Below are positions 18,104 to 27,456 of a stretch of DNA of 64,000 nt, piece by piece. The stretch spans positions 3,888-67,887 of IMG/VR virus record IMGVR_UViG_3300033121_002344. One strand, 5' to 3'. Origin of the DNA: a virus (Duplodnaviria; Caudoviricetes). The stretch's first letter is position 1, and the number at the start of each line of letters is the position of its first letter. The notes beneath the pieces were generated by a model. It worked only from the letters and a program-made list of their open reading frames with translations. It was not told the DNA's origin and did no database searches. A program made the translations under genes and the position numbers.

Positions 18104-18487
18104 TCATCGCCCGAAGGCGCGCTCCACCTCTTCCCAGACCGGCCGCATCGAACGGTCGTCGATGTAGCGATCGGCCACCGGCTTCCCTGGGCGGTCCCAG
18201 ACGAGGTCGAAGACGCCCCCGCTCGCCACCGTCCAGAGCCCGCAGCGCCGCAGGAACCGCTCCATCTCCTGCTGCTGAAGGTCCGCGTCGAGGAGGGAGG
18301 GCGTCAGCCGCGCCACCACCGTCTGGTCGGTGAGGTGGGTGGGCTGCGTGAGCCGGGTCGAGTGGAGGACGAGCGTGTGGCCGGCCGCCCGAAGCGCCCG
18401 AAGCGCATCCGCCGCCCCAGGCCTGAGCTCGAGTCCGTTGTCGCCTGCGCGCGCGATGGTGCCGTCGAAGTCGATCGCGAAGATCAC
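18104..18487 (-). CDS. Small HAD-family phosphatase
   Basis: FAIDFDGTI (motif I), HSTR, KPVADRYIDDR. Confidence 0.85.
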   Translation of the reverse strand: MIFAIDFDGTIARAGDNGLELRPGAADALRALRAAGHTLVLHSTRLTQPTHLTDQTVVARLTPSLLDADLQQQEMERFLRRCGLWTVASGGVFDLVWDRPGKPVADRYIDDRSMRPVWEEVERAFGR

Positions 18488-18494
18488 GAGCCGA

Positions 18495-20219
18495 TCATCC
18501 CTCGGCCGGAGGCTCGCCCTCAGGAGGTTCGTCCTGGACCTGCTCCGAGTCCCCGCCCTCGTAGGAGTCGAGGAGCGGCCCCTGGTCGCCGCCGTCGCCA
18601 CCCATCAGGCTCTGCATCCGCGCGTCCGTCTCCTCGCGGATCTTCCGGATCAGGGCCTTGGTGTCCTTGATCCCGAAGTTGACCGCGTTCTTCTCCACCG
18701 CCGTCTCCAGGTCGAGGAGCCCGCCGGCCTTCGCCGCCACCACCGTCTGCACCGAAGTCTGAGTGTCGGACGGGCTCGGCGCGAAGTAGGGGCCCCACTG
18801 GAGGGCCACCATCCCGCCCTTGCCCGGGGTCCGCGGCACGAGCCTCGTACGGGGCGCCACGTCCGGATTCTTGGGATCCGGGTCCTCCTCGACGACCTTG
18901 GGCCGGAGCGCGAACACGGGCCGTGCGTTGCCCTTGTAGCGCGAAGGGTCGAGGTAGACCCGGGCCGCCCGGAGGCACTGCTCCAGCACCACCTGGATGC
19001 CGGTCCCGTAGCTCTTCCTGAACTCACCAGCCTTCTCCAGCGTCGGGGCGTAGACGATCCGCATCGCCACCCCCGACTGCGCCTGGGCCGCCACGGTCTC
19101 GGGGTCCGGGAAGACGCACCGGACCTTGTCGAGGGCCTCCTGCTTGAGCGAGTCCGCCTCCTCGAAGGCAGCCTTGATTCCCGCAGCGCCGATCTCCAAG
19201 TAGGTGGCCGAGCCCTGGAGGCCGACGTCGATCGCGTTGTCGGAGCCCTTCGCGATCGGCACCCCCGCCTTCGCCAGCTTCGGGTCGCGCGAGATCACGA
19301 GGGTCGGATCAGCGTTGGCCAGCAGCGCCGCGTAGCCCTGCGAGCGCAGCCGGTCGATCGAGTCGAAGAGGTCGTAGGCGCCGTCGCAGTCCGACTTGCC
19401 GTCGAAGCCTTCGTCGCTCCCAGGGAGGTTCCGCACCCAGGCCCCGGGGAAGAAGCCGAGGCCGTGCCGCACCGACTGCAGGTCGTCGATCTTCATCTCG
19501 GGGATCCGGCCGTTCTGCAGCTGGACCTCCTCGAAGACCAGGTCCCACTCCTCGTCGATGATCCGGCGGTAGATGAAGGTCTGCGGGACCAGGCGCCCGG
19601 TCCGCCGGCCGGTCTTCTCGTCGACCTCCTCCATGAGGCGCTCGACCGGGTACTGGATCAGCACCCCCGCCGGCACCCCCGCGTCCTTGTCGCGCCACAC
19701 CACCTCGTGGACGACCCGCGCCGTGTTGGCCTTGAAGGTGAACTTGCCCTCGTTGACCACGAAGGTGACCAGCACCGACCCGACCGCGCCACCGAAGTTA
19801 CGCGCCGAGCTCCAGGCCTCCCAAAAGTTGGTCTGTTCGAGGATCGCCGTCACGAAGTCGTCCGCCTCCTCGTCGCCCTCAACCGTCACCTGGGGCCGGC
19901 GCTCGTCGGAGAAGAGGAGGCCCGTGAAGCGCTCGATGACCCGCGGGGTCAGGCGGAGGGGGGCGATCGGCCGCTTGTCCCGCACCGAGATCGCCGAGCC
20001 CACCACCGCGAACCCAGGAGGGGCGTCGGGGCTCGTGCTGATCGAGCGCCCGTTCCAGTCCCATTGATGGTGGTCGTACTCGCGGCACTCCGCCCAGTCC
20101 TCGAGTCGCGACAGCATCCGGTAGCGACCGGAGATCCCGCTCTGACCGGTCTGGTAGAGCCGCGTCCGCACGCGAGCCACACGAGGGTCCGACTGGTTGC
20201 CGAAGCTCAGGTCGATCAT
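18495..20219 (-). CDS. Portal protein
   Basis: 574 aa, SPP1/A118-type layout (IERFTGLLFS, HGLGFFPGAWVRN, SGVAMRIVYAP); upstream of MuF. Confidence 0.8.
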   Translation of the reverse strand: MIDLSFGNQSDPRVARVRTRLYQTGQSGISGRYRMLSRLEDWAECREYDHHQWDWNGRSISTSPDAPPGFAVVGSAISVRDKRPIAPLRLTPRVIERFTGLLFSDERRPQVTVEGDEEADDFVTAILEQTNFWEAWSSARNFGGAVGSVLVTFVVNEGKFTFKANTARVVHEVVWRDKDAGVPAGVLIQYPVERLMEEVDEKTGRRTGRLVPQTFIYRRIIDEEWDLVFEEVQLQNGRIPEMKIDDLQSVRHGLGFFPGAWVRNLPGSDEGFDGKSDCDGAYDLFDSIDRLRSQGYAALLANADPTLVISRDPKLAKAGVPIAKGSDNAIDVGLQGSATYLEIGAAGIKAAFEEADSLKQEALDKVRCVFPDPETVAAQAQSGVAMRIVYAPTLEKAGEFRKSYGTGIQVVLEQCLRAARVYLDPSRYKGNARPVFALRPKVVEEDPDPKNPDVAPRTRLVPRTPGKGGMVALQWGPYFAPSPSDTQTSVQTVVAAKAGGLLDLETAVEKNAVNFGIKDTKALIRKIREETDARMQSLMGGDGGDQGPLLDSYEGGDSEQVQDEPPEGEPPAEG

Positions 20220-20262
20220 GCGCCGCGGAGCCTAGCAGGCTGCCGGCGGGCTGGGGAGCGCG

Positions 20263-20988
20263 TCAGCGGGGAAGGGTGAGCTTGGAGGCCCGAAGGATGC
20301 GCCGGCCCTGGCGCGAACCGAGGACCTGCCGACCCGACCGCTTCCCTCGCTCGCCATGCGTGTGCTCGGTCCACTGCTGGCCGTCCCAGGTCTGCCCGTA
20401 GCCGCCCGGCCGGATCTCGTAGGGGGCCCGCACGAGCCCCATGAAGTCGAACTTCGCCGCGGAGAGGTCGGTCGGGGGCTCGAAGTAGGGCGGAAGGACG
20501 AAGTTGGAGAGCTTCACCCCGAAGAGCGAGTAGCTGTCCTGCTCGACCGCGTCCCCGACCTCGTAGGCCCAGACCTTCCCATCGATCGGGCTCCAGGCGC
20601 AGCGGCAGAGGTTCGGATCGACGAGCGCCTCCAGGATCTCGTGCGAGGCCGTCGTCGACCACTCGACCCCGTCCTGCTGGTCGAGGAGAGGAAAGACCTT
20701 CATCAGCGGCAGGCCCGCCGGGGTCTCGTCGTGGTAGCCGAGCGCGCCGGGTTGGTCGGGGTCGCGGAAGAGACCCAGCTGCCATTCGTCGGCCGCCGGT
20801 GGGTGGTTCGCGTAGGCCGCCCGGATCGAGCAGCGCAGCCCGTAGCCGTGCGGCGGAGGGAGGCCGGCGTGCTCGTTCACCTGGCGTTCGAGCGCATGGG
20901 CGACGAGGGCGAGCCGGGTCCGGTCGGGGACGAGGTTGTCGTGATCGACGATCACGATCTTGGTGGGGGTGGGGATGGGTTGCGTCAT
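20263..20988 (-). CDS. Zincin-like protein (HExxE...DP)
   Basis: TASHEILEALVDP...EVGDAVE...SNFVLP. Confidence 0.55.
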   Translation of the reverse strand: MTQPIPTPTKIVIVDHDNLVPDRTRLALVAHALERQVNEHAGLPPPHGYGLRCSIRAAYANHPPAADEWQLGLFRDPDQPGALGYHDETPAGLPLMKVFPLLDQQDGVEWSTTASHEILEALVDPNLCRCAWSPIDGKVWAYEVGDAVEQDSYSLFGVKLSNFVLPPYFEPPTDLSAAKFDFMGLVRAPYEIRPGGYGQTWDGQQWTEHTHGERGKRSGRQVLGSRQGRRILRASKLTLPR

Positions 20989-21009
20989 GCCCCCTATCCT
21001 CGCAGCTAA

Positions 21010-21021
21010 CAACCCGGGTTG
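21010..21021. repeat. Dispersed palindrome copy 4 (TAA-core-CTT)
   Basis: Exact core 2 nt past the stop at 21024. Confidence 0.95.
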
Positions 21022-21023
21022 CT

Positions 21024-21557
21024 TCAGCGAGCCACCACCACGATGCGGCCCGCCCCACCGTCGCGCTGCTGGCGGATCAGGCGGTTCCGGTCCTTCGAGG
21101 AGAGCGCGATCCCGCGCCGCTCAGCCTCCGCCTTCATCTTCTCGCCCCGCATCCACTCGTCGAAGCTGGCCGGCCCCTGAGGGAACAGGGAGACGAGGTC
21201 CGAGACCCTGAAGCTCATCCGCGGCTTCGCCTCGCGACGCCACATGCCCTCCTCGTGGGGCCGCACCGTGTGAACGACCGCCCCGACGTCCGCCACGATC
21301 TTCGGGATGTAGACCTCGGGCCCGAAGACCTGGTTCATCCGCTGGGGCGCGAACCACCGGAAGCCGTGGTACTCCATGACCTGCTGCCAGACGTAGTTGG
21401 CATCCCGGTCTCGGCCCTCCGCCTTCTCGGCCTCGACGCTCCGCACCTCCTTGGGGTCGATGCGCTTCTTGACGGGCGTTCGTCCCTTGCCCTGGTGGAC
21501 GCGCGAGATCGACTCGTCCATCTCGCGAAGTTGTCGTGGGGTCAGCTGGAGCAGCAC
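21024..21557 (-). CDS. Hypothetical protein
   Basis: 177 aa; coding-like codon use. Confidence 0.65.
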   Translation of the reverse strand: MLLQLTPRQLREMDESISRVHQGKGRTPVKKRIDPKEVRSVEAEKAEGRDRDANYVWQQVMEYHGFRWFAPQRMNQVFGPEVYIPKIVADVGAVVHTVRPHEEGMWRREAKPRMSFRVSDLVSLFPQGPASFDEWMRGEKMKAEAERRGIALSSKDRNRLIRQQRDGGAGRIVVVAR

Positions 21558-21569
21558 CCCTCCGGCTTC

Positions 21570-21929
21570 TCACGAACCGTCGGTGCGATTCAAGCGTCGT
21601 GCGCGCAAAATGAACACCTCGATCAGCCGAAGGACCGCGTCCCGGTCGTCGCCGGCCGGGAGCTCCAGGGCTGCCGGGATCATCAGCCGCGCCGCCCGCA
21701 TGAGCTCCTCGGGCGAGGTCTCGCGCATGTAGCCGGTGAGGCCGCGCCGCGCCTGCTCGGCCTCGGTGAGGGCCTCGGCTTCCCGCGCCTCTTTGGCCCG
21801 CGAGACCGCCAGGCCCTGGTCGAGCATCTTGAGCTCGCAGGCCAGCCCGCAGACCCGGTTGCCGCCGGGGACCGCCGACGTTCGAACACCCGGCTCGAAC
21901 GTCACCCCGCAGATCTCACACGCCATCAT
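21570..21929 (-). CDS. Hypothetical protein with N-terminal CxxC/CxxxC
   Basis: CEICG...VCGLAC; 4-nt overlap. Confidence 0.6.
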   Translation of the reverse strand: MMACEICGVTFEPGVRTSAVPGGNRVCGLACELKMLDQGLAVSRAKEAREAEALTEAEQARRGLTGYMRETSPEELMRAARLMIPAALELPAGDDRDAVLRLIEVFILRARRLNRTDGS

Positions 21930-22408
21930 GCTGCCTCCACCAAGGTCTGGATCTCGTCGTCGAACAGATGGGCGATCTGACCGCCGCCCACCACCCGCGC
22001 GACCGCGATCGTCTTCGAGATGATCTCCCGGCTCTCGGGGTCGCGGGTCCAGAACTCCCGCGCGCTCTGCACCCGGTAGAGCTCCGAGGTCCTGCCCTGG
22101 ACCGCCCCCATCAGGAGCTCGACCGCGAGGTTCGAGCCGACCGTCAGCGTGAAGGAGCGGCCAAGGTCCCCGATGAACATCAGGTGCGCGTCGAGCCGCT
22201 CCACGTTCACGACGGTCTGGTCGGCGAGCGCCCGAGCCAGCCCTTCGGCGAGCGCCTCCGCCGTCTCCACGCCCGCGGGCTGGTAGCTGTAGGGCCGGCC
22301 GTTGAGGGTCACCTGCTGGAGAGCATCACTCGAACCCGCGACGGTGACCCGCGAGGTCTGGGAGCGGGAGAGCGACACCACGTCGCCGCGTCGGTAGAGG
22401 GCCACCAC
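21926..22408 (-). CDS. Hypothetical protein
   Basis: 160 aa; coding-like codon use. Confidence 0.6.
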   Translation of the reverse strand: MVALYRRGDVVSLSRSQTSRVTVAGSSDALQQVTLNGRPYSYQPAGVETAEALAEGLARALADQTVVNVERLDAHLMFIGDLGRSFTLTVGSNLAVELLMGAVQGRTSELYRVQSAREFWTRDPESREIISKTIAVARVVGGGQIAHLFDDEIQTLVEAA

Positions 22409-22420
22409 CCGGGCAGCCTA

Positions 22421-23191
22421 TCACCGGCTCCGGAGATTGCCGATCGGGGAGGCCGCGGAGGCGATCACGTTCGCGTACTCCTCGGCCGCCGACTTCGCGA
22501 ACCAGGTCGCCATCACCGTGTCGGCCTCGCCGGCCTGCGGGTAGGTGGAGAACTCCCGGTTGAGGACGCACCACGGGCAGCTGTGGCCCGGGGGATGGGA
22601 GGCGAACTCGTCCGCCGGCACCACCCAGGCTCCGTTGTGGAACTCCACCTGGAGGGACCGCAGCCCGAGGGTCGCGTCCACCTTGTTGGCGCCCGTCGTG
22701 GTCGCTTCGACCTTCGCCCAGAAGTCGAAGCTCCCGGGCAGCGCCTGGATCCACTCGATGATGGCGTTCTGGTAGCCGTTGTTCTCCACCCGGAAGACGA
22801 GCGGTCGGTAGAGCTCCTCCACCTGCTGCAGCTGAAGGGCCGTCTCGTGGGACCGCCAGGCTCCGCGCCGGACCTCGACGACGTGCCGCCGCCGGGTGGA
22901 GGGGTTGAGCTTCAGGACCACGATGGCGTTGCCCTTGCGCTTCGCCCCGGAGAGGTCGACGCCGACGATCGCCGGCCAGCTGTTCCGCTGGAGCTCCCCG
23001 ATCGAGACGCCGTGGACGAGGGCCTTGGGCCAGCTGGGAAACCAAAGCTCGTCGTCGACCAGGGCTTCGAGCTCCACGATCCGCCGGTAGGTGCGGTCGT
23101 CCTGAGCCTGGAAGGCTTCGAGCTCCTCCTTCCCCCACTTCTCCCCCCAGAGAGGGATCGACCGCAGCCGGACCGGGACGCCTGCACTCAT
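22421..23191 (-). CDS. terL: Terminase large subunit, nuclease (RNase H-like) half
   Basis: PLWGEKWGKEEL, IVGVDLS, FRVENNGYQ, EFSTYP...DTVMA; no Walker motifs; start uncertain (23191-23236). Confidence 0.8.
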   Translation of the reverse strand: MSAGVPVRLRSIPLWGEKWGKEELEAFQAQDDRTYRRIVELEALVDDELWFPSWPKALVHGVSIGELQRNSWPAIVGVDLSGAKRKGNAIVVLKLNPSTRRRHVVEVRRGAWRSHETALQLQQVEELYRPLVFRVENNGYQNAIIEWIQALPGSFDFWAKVEATTTGANKVDATLGLRSLQVEFHNGAWVVPADEFASHPPGHSCPWCVLNREFSTYPQAGEADTVMATWFAKSAAEEYANVIASAASPIGNLRSR

Positions 23192-23241
23192 CGGCCCGGA
23201 GGGTGGCCGAGCGCGCACCCCGCGCGCAAGAGGCAAGCGGG

Positions 23242-23532
23242 CTAGGAGGACGCCCAGCCGAAGAAGAGCCAGGTGGTGGCGTCGATCTTCAGGCAGCCCG
23301 CCGGGCCGTGCTTGTCCTCGATGCGCGGATCGTCGGCCGAGATGAGGACGTCGATCTGCGCCATGGGAGCCAGGTTCGGATCCCGCTCGATCATCACGAA
23401 GCTGTCCTTCTCCGCGATGGTCCCGGTGTAGCCGCTGTGACCGTACTGGTGGCGCGCTTCCCGGACCGCCGCCTCGAAGGCCTCCTTGGCGGTCTCGCCG
23501 GTGACGAGGGTTGAAAACGTGTTGGCTCCCAT
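23242..23532 (-). CDS. Conserved phage hypothetical protein
   Basis: YGHSGYTGTIAEK motif; AAGGAG SD. Confidence 0.7.
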   Translation of the reverse strand: MGANTFSTLVTGETAKEAFEAAVREARHQYGHSGYTGTIAEKDSFVMIERDPNLAPMAQIDVLISADDPRIEDKHGPAGCLKIDATTWLFFGWASS

Positions 23533-23552
23533 GGCTTCGCTCCTTCGGTTCC

Positions 23553-23876
23553 CTAGAACCAGATGATGATCCCGAGGTCGCCTGCCTGCTCGCAGAGCGC
23601 CTCCAGGGCGTCGATGTACTCGGCCTTCCGGCCCGCGGGCTGCGCGAACTCGACGTACCGGTTCGCGATGACCCCGAGCCGACCGCGGTCCGCGACCGCC
23701 CGCGCGCCTTCGAGGCGCTGGCGCAGGGCCCGCACCCGGATCTCGCCGGTGAGGTCCTCGTTGTAGAGCCCGAGCTCCCGGAGGAGCTCCCCCGCGTTCA
23801 CGCTCGCGAGGTTCAGGTAACCCTCACCGGTCTCGTAGTTGATCTCGATGCCCCGGATCGCGAAGGTCGTGCTCAC
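23553..23876 (-). CDS. Hypothetical protein
   Basis: 107 aa; GTG directly after a promoter. Confidence 0.65.
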   Translation of the reverse strand: MSTTFAIRGIEINYETGEGYLNLASVNAGELLRELGLYNEDLTGEIRVRALRQRLEGARAVADRGRLGVIANRYVEFAQPAGRKAEYIDALEALCEQAGDLGIIIWF

Positions 23877-23883
23877 GGGACAG

Positions 23884-23914
23884 ACAATTAGCGCGAACCA
23901 CGCGCCGGAGTCAA
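23884..23914 (-). promoter_or_regulatory. Host-type promoter (TTGACT-17-CTAATTGT)
   Basis: 7 nt to GTG 23876; nearly identical to the 25540 copy. Confidence 0.7.
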
Positions 23915-23936
23915 CGCCCTCGGACGAAAGAATTGA

Positions 23937-24137
23937 TCAGGCCCGGTACCCGGTCGCCCACTGCCAGGCCGGCACCACAGCCCGCCATTCGGCCGCACGT
24001 TCGTCGTAGTGCTGGGCCAGGGTCGTGAGCCGCACCGCCCGCCCCTGACGCCCCCGTTGGGCCGCACGGGCCGCCAGGAGGCGAGCCCGAAGGGCGCGCT
24101 CCCTCGCCTCCTCGAACAGCCCGATCGCGGTCCTCAC
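23937..24137 (-). CDS. Hypothetical protein
   Basis: 66 aa; 4-nt overlap. Confidence 0.55.
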   Translation of the reverse strand: MRTAIGLFEEARERALRARLLAARAAQRGRQGRAVRLTTLAQHYDERAAEWRAVVPAWQWATGYRA

Positions 24138-24583
24138 CCCTTCCCTCCCAGCTGCTTCACACCATCCGTCACGCTGCCGATGATGCGCCGCCGGAGGTCC
24201 GCGACCTCCTTGGCGCTCATGTCCTGGCTCGAATCCGTCATGGACTCGATGGAGCCGAGGGCCTCACGGAGCGAGCGGGCCTCGCGGTCGATCACCAGGC
24301 CCTTGATGGCCCGGTCGACCGCCCGCGCGAGCGCGACCAGCGCCAGGTCGTCGAACCGCCCCTCCGCGAAGAGCCGGGTCGCCTGGGCCGCCGACGCGAG
24401 CGACTGCTCATCCCGGAAGAGGTCGAGGGTGCTGAGCAGCACCCGGGCCGTGGCCTCGCCGCGGAAGGGCGCGGGTTGGGGAGAGGGCCGAGCGTCGTCC
24501 TGCTCGGCCTGGAGCCCCTCGGTCAGCGCCCGGGCGTGTTCGAGGAGCGAGCGGAGCCGCTGGTTCGCCATGACCATGATCAT
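24134..24583 (-). CDS. Hypothetical protein
   Basis: Start re-called at the ATGA overlap; 149 aa. Confidence 0.6.
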   Translation of the reverse strand: MIMVMANQRLRSLLEHARALTEGLQAEQDDARPSPQPAPFRGEATARVLLSTLDLFRDEQSLASAAQATRLFAEGRFDDLALVALARAVDRAIKGLVIDREARSLREALGSIESMTDSSQDMSAKEVADLRRRIIGSVTDGVKQLGGKG

Positions 24584-24990
24584 CGCACCTCGATCGGCGC
24601 GGTGTCGTCGAGGGCCACGGTCTCCCACTCGCCGAACCGGACCTCCGACCAGCCGATGCGGAGGAGGGCCTCGCGGAGCGTCTGCTCGACCTCGGGTCGC
24701 CGGCCGCGATGCCGGCGGATCTCGACCGGCAGACCCGCCTCGAACCGGACCTCGAAGTCGGTCTCGGTCTCGCGCAGGTAGCCCTCCCTCCGGCGGATCC
24801 AACCGGTCGCCGGCACCCGGACCTCGCCGCGCTTCTCGTCCCGGACCTGGTCGGTCACGACACCATCGACGACCGTGAGCGCCTCCCAGGGCCGAGTCCC
24901 CTGGGGCGGGTTGAGCAGGTAGAGGGTCGTCTTGTTGGGGCGCGGGTCGCGCGCCATGGCATCCGTCAGGGTCTCGTTCCAGGTGGTCAT
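24580..24990 (-). CDS. Hypothetical protein
   Basis: 136 aa; GAGGA SD. Confidence 0.6.
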   Translation of the reverse strand: MTTWNETLTDAMARDPRPNKTTLYLLNPPQGTRPWEALTVVDGVVTDQVRDEKRGEVRVPATGWIRRREGYLRETETDFEVRFEAGLPVEIRRHRGRRPEVEQTLREALLRIGWSEVRFGEWETVALDDTAPIEVR

Positions 24991-25014
24991 CGCCGTCCTC
25001 TTCCTTCCTTCGCG

Positions 25015-25308
25015 CTACCGCGCGAGGGCCGCCCGCAGCTTCGCGGAGATCACGGCCATGGTCGTCTTGGCGCGGAGCGCGTCGAGGTAGTCCGCGAGGA
25101 GGTCGTGCTCGTCGGCGCTCGTCGTGAAGGCCCGGAGGGCCTCGACCGCGCGCCGCGCCCTCTTCCGCGCCTGGGCCTGCTCGCGCGGGTAGAAGACCGG
25201 ACGGGTTTCGAGCGTGCTCAGGGCCTCGATGGCTTCGAGCGCCTGCGCGCAAGCCTCGGTCGCCGCCTGGGTCTTCGCATCTGTCTGGGTGGTGGTCGTC
25301 GTGTTCAT
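25015..25308 (-). CDS. Hypothetical protein
   Basis: GAGGAGG SD; MNTTTTTQTDAK..., 97 aa. Confidence 0.65.
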   Translation of the reverse strand: MNTTTTTQTDAKTQAATEACAQALEAIEALSTLETRPVFYPREQAQARKRARRAVEALRAFTTSADEHDLLADYLDALRAKTTMAVISAKLRAALAR

Positions 25309-25333
25309 GGTGGTCCTCCTCGAACTCTGGGCC

Positions 25334-25534
25334 CTAGGCGATGAGCTTGCCGCGCGCGATCTCCCGCAGCATCTCGACGATGAAGGTCTCGCGCATGTAC
25401 TCGAGCCGCTCGCGAGCCGAGGTGAAGTCGCGCCGCTTGATCTGCTCCCGGAGCTCCGTCGCCATCCGCTCCAAGGAGGCAGCATCCTTCGTGAGGTTGA
25501 CGATGGCTTCGCGGTCCGTTTCCGTGTTGTCCAT
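25334..25534 (-). CDS. Hypothetical protein
   Basis: 66 aa; ATG directly after a promoter. Confidence 0.6.
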   Translation of the reverse strand: MDNTETDREAIVNLTKDAASLERMATELREQIKRRDFTSARERLEYMRETFIVEMLREIARGKLIA

Positions 25535-25539
25535 GACCG

Positions 25540-25570
25540 ACAATTAACGCGAACCACGCGCCAGAGTCAA
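25540..25570 (-). promoter_or_regulatory. Host-type promoter (TTGACT-17-TTAATTGT)
   Basis: 5 nt to ATG 25534. Confidence 0.7.
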
Positions 25571-25583
25571 CGCCCGAAGACCA

Positions 25584-26024
25584 CTATTCGACCGGCTCCC
25601 GGCGGATGACCCACTCGGGCTGGGCTCCGCCCCCGCCGCGGTACTCCTGGCCGGGTTGGAGGTTCCGCAGGTGCGCGACCTCCAGGGCGTCGAGGTCGGG
25701 GTTGTCGGCCAGGAAGGCGTGGAGGTCGACCGGCTCCCCGTCGAGGGTCCAGCGCCGCGGAGGGAAGGGCCGCAGCTGGTCGAGCCCGATGCCCCGCCAG
25801 GTGACCAGCTTCCCCTCGGAGAGGTTCCGGCCCCACCCCTGGACGGTCGCGGTCGTCCGGTAGACCCGCAGGACGTCAACCGCCTGGTCGCCCCAGAGGG
25901 CCCGGTCGCCGGGCTTGAGGGCCGAGCCGTCAAGCAGCGCCGGCTCACGCTCCAGCGCCCGACGATCGCCGCCCGCCTCGACCACCCGAAGCGCCGCCCG
26001 CATCGCGTTTGACAGCCGCTTCAT
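25584..26024 (-). CDS. Hypothetical protein
   Basis: ATGA overlap; 146 aa. Confidence 0.55.
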   Translation of the reverse strand: MKRLSNAMRAALRVVEAGGDRRALEREPALLDGSALKPGDRALWGDQAVDVLRVYRTTATVQGWGRNLSEGKLVTWRGIGLDQLRPFPPRRWTLDGEPVDLHAFLADNPDLDALEVAHLRNLQPGQEYRGGGGAQPEWVIRREPVE

Positions 26025-26512
26025 CGCCCCGTCCCCGCGGCTTCGACGATCGCTTCGCGCTGCGCCTGCGCCTCCCGGCACTCGTCGCAGAACTCGAGGG
26101 ACGAGATCCCGGCGAGCGCCGCCCGCGAGGACCCGCTGACGAGCGTCCCGTGGTCCTCGCAGACCGCCGTCCACCCGCAGCCCTCCTCCGACTCCAGCCC
26201 CGCCTCCTTCGAGCGGTAGAGACCGACGATGGTGCCCGTGGTGCGGCACCGGCGGAGGCTCACGCAGCCCGCCCGCGCCTTCGCTTCCTGGGCCCGCGCC
26301 TGCCCCACCCACCGTGTGAAGGCCCGAGAGGCGATCAGCCCGTAGCCCTTCGGCCCGGGCCCGCCAGCAGGCCGGCAGAAGGGCAGGGCCAGGTAGGCGG
26401 TCCGGAGCTCCTGCTCCCGGGCCAGGGTGCAGGTGGCCACTTCCCGCGCGTGGCTCTCCAGGAAGGCGAGGGCCTGGTCGACTCGTTCGTTCGCGTTCAT
26501 CGCCTCCTGCAT
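26021..26512 (-). CDS. Hypothetical Cys-containing protein
   Basis: 163 aa; WTAVCEDHG...FCDEC. Confidence 0.6.
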   Translation of the reverse strand: MQEAMNANERVDQALAFLESHAREVATCTLAREQELRTAYLALPFCRPAGGPGPKGYGLIASRAFTRWVGQARAQEAKARAGCVSLRRCRTTGTIVGLYRSKEAGLESEEGCGWTAVCEDHGTLVSGSSRAALAGISSLEFCDECREAQAQREAIVEAAGTGR

Positions 26513-26513
26513 C

Positions 26514-27014
26514 TCAGGCCTGCGCCTTCGCCGCGAAGCGGATGTGCTCGAAGCGGACCTTCGTGGTGCTGGGGGTGCTGGGCCGCTCGCCCCGCTTCGC
26601 CGCCGCCCGGACCTGGTAGGTGTAGAAGAAGGCCACCTCGGCGCGGGTCTCCATCACCTTCGTGATCGTCCCGCTGCGCCAGCCGCTCGGCGAGGAGGCG
26701 CTCCGGAAGAGGACCTTGGCGCCAACCCGCGGCTTCAGGCACCCGTTCGCCTCGCAGTACCCGGCGAAATGAGCCTCGATCCGCTCGTCGCTGCTGGCTT
26801 CGAGCAGGAGGCTGGCCGACCCGGAGGCCCCGCCTTCGAAGACCACCCGGGTCTCCAACCCCTCACCCTGGAGCTTCGCGCGGATGCCCGAGCCCGGGCG
26901 CTGGAGCCGGTGCAGGAGGGCGTCGATGGTGGCGAGCCGGGCGCGGAGCGCCTCGTGGCGGGCCATGTCCAGGTTCGCGCGGTAGGTCTTCGTGGTGTTC
27001 GCCGTCGTGTTCAT
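26514..27014 (-). CDS. Hypothetical protein
   Basis: Start re-called to ATG 27014 directly after a promoter. Confidence 0.6.
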   Translation of the reverse strand: MNTTANTTKTYRANLDMARHEALRARLATIDALLHRLQRPGSGIRAKLQGEGLETRVVFEGGASGSASLLLEASSDERIEAHFAGYCEANGCLKPRVGAKVLFRSASSPSGWRSGTITKVMETRAEVAFFYTYQVRAAAKRGERPSTPSTTKVRFEHIRFAAKAQA

Positions 27015-27020
27015 GTCCGT

Positions 27021-27050
27021 ACAATTAAAGCGTACGGTGCGCGAACGCAA
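27021..27050 (-). promoter_or_regulatory. Host-type promoter (TTGCGT-16-TTAATTGT)
   Basis: 6 nt to ATG 27014. Confidence 0.65.
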
Positions 27051-27069
27051 GTCCCTTCGCGTCGAATCT

Positions 27070-27456
27070 TTAGGCCGGGAGGACGAGGTCGGGGTAGCGC
27101 CCGTGGGCGCGCCTGCGGGCCCGGATGAGGAGCCCCTCCACCCAGGGGAAGAGGGGCTCGCCCGGAGAGGCCTGGAAGGCCACCACGGCCGCGCTGCAGA
27201 GCACCAGGAGCTCGACCGCCAGCCCCGCGGGGTCACGGCCACCCATCATCCCCGCGCCCCACCGGAGCCGCGCTGTGGTCTCACAGGCCCCGAGGCTGCG
27301 GAGCGCGCAGGAGAAGCGAGCCTCGGGGTCGATCTTGCAGCGCCGGAGCAGCTGGGCCTCGTGCTCCAGCCCGGCCCGCCGGCAGACCGCCGCGGTGTAG
27401 CGGAAGAGGAGCTCGACCGCCGCCAAGGCTTCGGGCCGGTCGTCGGCCTCGCTCAC
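27070..27456 (-). CDS. Hypothetical protein
   Basis: GTGA overlap; 128 aa. Confidence 0.55.
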   Translation of the reverse strand: MSEADDRPEALAAVELLFRYTAAVCRRAGLEHEAQLLRRCKIDPEARFSCALRSLGACETTARLRWGAGMMGGRDPAGLAVELLVLCSAAVVAFQASPGEPLFPWVEGLLIRARRRAHGRYPDLVLPA

